The translations under genes were made by a program, and so were the position numbers. DNA of 37,333 nt from a virus: positions 1 to 37,333 of the IMG/VR virus record IMGVR_UViG_3300045988_122037, one strand, 5' to 3'. The first letter of the stretch is position 1, and each line of letters opens with the position of its first letter. The notes beneath the pieces are model-generated. The model was given only the letters and a program-made list of their open reading frames with translations. It was not told the origin of the DNA and did no database searches. Shown here one piece after another: positions 34,505 to 37,333 of the stretch.

Positions 34505-34868
34505 ATCTGTTAGAAAATTTGTGTACGAGAAATACAACGGTCACTGCGCTTACTGTGGGTGTGAAATACCGGAAAAAGGCTTTAATGTAGACCATTTGCA
34601 TTGCATCAGAAATTATGAGTACACCGAAGAATTTACCGGAATAGACGTACACGACATAAGTAATCTGATGCCGTCCTGCGGTTCATGCAATCGTTATAAG
34701 GCAACAATGGATTTAGAGACATTTAGAAAGCAGTTGCAGAAGATACCGGACAGGCTGGCAAGAGATGTGTGTACATATAACATAGCATTGCGATACGGTA
34801 TGGTGCAGGAAAACAGAGAACCGATAAGGTTTTATTTTGAGCGGTGCGAAAAGCCGGAAGGAGTGTGA
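34485..34868 (+). CDS. HNH endonuclease
   Basis: CAYCGC...VDHLHCIRN...NLMPSCGSCNRYK. Confidence 0.85.
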   Translation: MRKSISKSVRKFVYEKYNGHCAYCGCEIPEKGFNVDHLHCIRNYEYTEEFTGIDVHDISNLMPSCGSCNRYKATMDLETFRKQLQKIPDRLARDVCTYNIALRYGMVQENREPIRFYFERCEKPEGV

Positions 34869-34871
34869 GGT

Positions 34872-35159
34872 ATGGATAAAGCAATTTTTATTATGGATAT
34901 GCCGGAATCGTGCAGTAAGTGTAAATTCATGTACGAATTTCAAGGAATTAAAAAATGCCAGCTTATGAATGTGCTAAATAATGGTGCTTCGAAATTATCA
35001 CAAAGCACATTCACACAGAAACGGCATGATCTGTGTCCGCTCCGGGAATTGCCGGAGAAAAGAGAAATTAATCATAACAAAAATCACTACATAAGTAACT
35101 TTTGGACGGATGCAAAGAGCGTAGGTTGGAATGCCTGCTTAGATGAAATTTTGAAGTAA
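34872..35159 (+). CDS. Hypothetical Cys-containing protein (95 aa)
   Basis: GGAAGGAG RBS. CSKC..C..C pattern. Confidence 0.65.
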   Translation: MDKAIFIMDMPESCSKCKFMYEFQGIKKCQLMNVLNNGASKLSQSTFTQKRHDLCPLRELPEKREINHNKNHYISNFWTDAKSVGWNACLDEILK

Positions 35160-35162
35160 ATC

Positions 35163-35218
35163 GAAAGGAGTGAGAGGTTTGCTGGCCAGCGTGAAAGAAT
35201 TCTTTACTCCGAGAAAAA
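35163..35218 (+). promoter_or_regulatory. Conserved leader element, copy A: GAAAGGAG..GAGA..GCTGGCCAGC..GTGAA
   Basis: 10-bp palindrome GCTGGCCAGC at 35181-35190. GGAGT (35167-35171) can pair with ACTCC (35206-35210) next to the ATG. Compare copy B at 36434-36486. Confidence 0.45.
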
Positions 35219-36433
35219 ATGGAATCAGTAAAAGAAAGAATGGAGCGGATCGGAGCATATGAGAAGATTGCATCATTTATGCAGAAAGAAAAGCAGCCAT
35301 ATGAATATAAAAGAAAATATGCACAGATCAGAGCAGAAGAATTCGCAAGTGAATGTGATGGAAGGTTGCTCAACTACCATGTTTCGGTCGGTGGACTTGA
35401 CAGTATAATCTTATACCTGTTTTTACATGAGGTATGCGGAATTGATGCACCAGGAGTCAGTGCATCTGCACTGGAAGATAAGAGTATTCAGAGAGTGCAT
35501 AAAGCACTGGGAATCATCAATGTGCCGCCGCTGAAAAGAGAGGATGGTACTTATTGGACAAAAGCAAGAGTTATACAGGAGTTTGGCTTTCCAGTCATTT
35601 CAAAAGAGATTGCCGGGAAGATAGAACTTTTGCAAAATCCGAGCGAGAAGAATAAGACAGTCAGACATGCTATCATAACGGGAGAGACCGGGGAATACGG
35701 CGGCTGGCAGAAGAATTCGAAGATGCAGCTTAATCAGCGGTGGTTGAAGCTGTTCGGTGGATATGAAAACGAAAATGAAGGGTGTGATTATCAGAAGCCG
35801 GATTTTCTCGTATCGTCCAAGTGTTGTTATTACCTTAAAGAGAAAAACTGTGATGACTGGGGAAAAGAGCATAACAGTGTGCCGTATCTGGGACTGATGG
35901 CATCCGAAGGTGGCAGACGTGCCAAGAGCCTGCGGATGAACGGATGTAACTATTTTGGAGCATCTACGATCAGATCGGCACCATTTGCAATCTTCCATAG
36001 GCAGGACATTTTAAAACTCGCACTGGAGATGGACGAACTGTGGAAAACCGGACTGAAAGAAAAATATCATGAGAAACTGTTGAAAGAAGGAAGATTACCT
36101 CAAAGTTTTGAAGTGCCAGACAGCATTATCCCGGAGATCTACGGAACGATTGAGAAAAAGCCGGACGGGACACTATACACAACTAAGGCACAGCGTACCG
36201 GATGCAGTATGTGCGGTTTCGGAATACACATGGAGAAACGACCGCATCGATTCGATTTACTATATGAGAGTAACCCAAAAGAGTGGGATTATCTGATGTT
36301 TCATATGTGTAAGGATAAGGATGGGAACGACTATGGATGGGCAAAGGTTCTGGACTACATTGGAGTTGGCTGGGATCCATCCACGATTGGTGGAAATTGC
36401 AAAGGACAAATGAGTTTAGAAGATTTTATGTAG
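35219..36433 (+). CDS. PAPS-reductase-like (PP-loop superfamily) protein with a degenerate P-loop and a C-terminal Cys motif
   Basis: YHVSVGGLDS stands in place of SGGKDS. SSKCCYYLKE parallels RYCCSELKE of the 1673 paralog. GCSMCGFG lies near the C-terminus. Confidence 0.72.
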   Translation: MESVKERMERIGAYEKIASFMQKEKQPYEYKRKYAQIRAEEFASECDGRLLNYHVSVGGLDSIILYLFLHEVCGIDAPGVSASALEDKSIQRVHKALGIINVPPLKREDGTYWTKARVIQEFGFPVISKEIAGKIELLQNPSEKNKTVRHAIITGETGEYGGWQKNSKMQLNQRWLKLFGGYENENEGCDYQKPDFLVSSKCCYYLKEKNCDDWGKEHNSVPYLGLMASEGGRRAKSLRMNGCNYFGASTIRSAPFAIFHRQDILKLALEMDELWKTGLKEKYHEKLLKEGRLPQSFEVPDSIIPEIYGTIEKKPDGTLYTTKAQRTGCSMCGFGIHMEKRPHRFDLLYESNPKEWDYLMFHMCKDKDGNDYGWAKVLDYIGVGWDPSTIGGNCKGQMSLEDFM

Positions 36434-36486
36434 AAAGGAGCCGAGACTCTGGCCAGAGTGAAGCATATGCGGTCTCCTTGAAAAAA
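36434..36486 (+). promoter_or_regulatory. Conserved leader element, copy B: GAAAGGAG..GAGA..CTCTGGCCAGAG..GTGAA
   Basis: 12-bp palindrome CTCTGGCCAGAG at 36447-36458. AGGAGCCG can pair with CGGtCTCCT immediately upstream of the MTase ATG, which has no SD of its own. Confidence 0.45.

Positions 36487-37333
<847 letters not shown>

Overview
The window looks like a complete, circularly permuted ~37 kb temperate siphovirus-type phage or prophage genome from a low-GC Gram-positive host. Host-type signals are AGGAGG-type RBSs, an XhlA-holin-lysozyme lysis cassette and an ImmA/XRE switch. All calls come from reading translations and motifs by eye; no database search was run.

Gene order on the + strand:
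- C-terminal part of a multi-TRD DNA cytosine-5 methyltransferase (1-1143)
- PAPS-reductase-like gene and small accessory genes (1174-3905)
- terS, terL, portal (4020-7581)
- MuF/SPP1-gp7 head-morphogenesis protein fused to an HEXXH domain, followed by a small accessory island and a tRNA-like gene (7695-10051)
- scaffold, major capsid, head-tail connectors, major tail, chaperones, tape measure, Dit, Tal-like protein, fibre (10110-20283)
- XhlA-holin-GH24 endolysin (20805-21956)
- putative attP (about 22010-22250)
- minus-strand lysogeny module: integrase, TM-anchored HNH protein, ImmA protease, XRE repressor (22206-25261)
- operator-rich switch region
- early genes: Cro-like, HD hydrolase, Erf, HNHc, Rha-like, RusA, DnaD-like protein with iterons, DnaC-like loader, YopX, Lar-like, HNH (25474-35159)
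- a second PAPS-reductase-like gene (35219-36433)
- N-terminal catalytic half of the C5-methyltransferase (36487-37333)

The most notable observation is that both window ends lie in one perfect (AGAC/GACA)n microsatellite inside the methyltransferase ORF. This predicts slipped-strand ON/OFF phase variation. The gene also carries further frame breaks and homopolymers.

Other points of interest:
- a MuF-type polymorphic-toxin-like fusion with a coupled 59-aa ORF
- a membrane-anchored HNH protein co-oriented with the repressor
- two PAPS-reductase-like paralogs flanking the methyltransferase and sharing a conserved palindromic leader
- a three-copy conserved terminator family, two copies of which sit just downstream of a promoter
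- a 16-bp inverted repeat bracketing a small gene
- iterons inside the replisome-organizer gene

No CRISPR array, rRNA, reverse transcriptase or transposase was seen.
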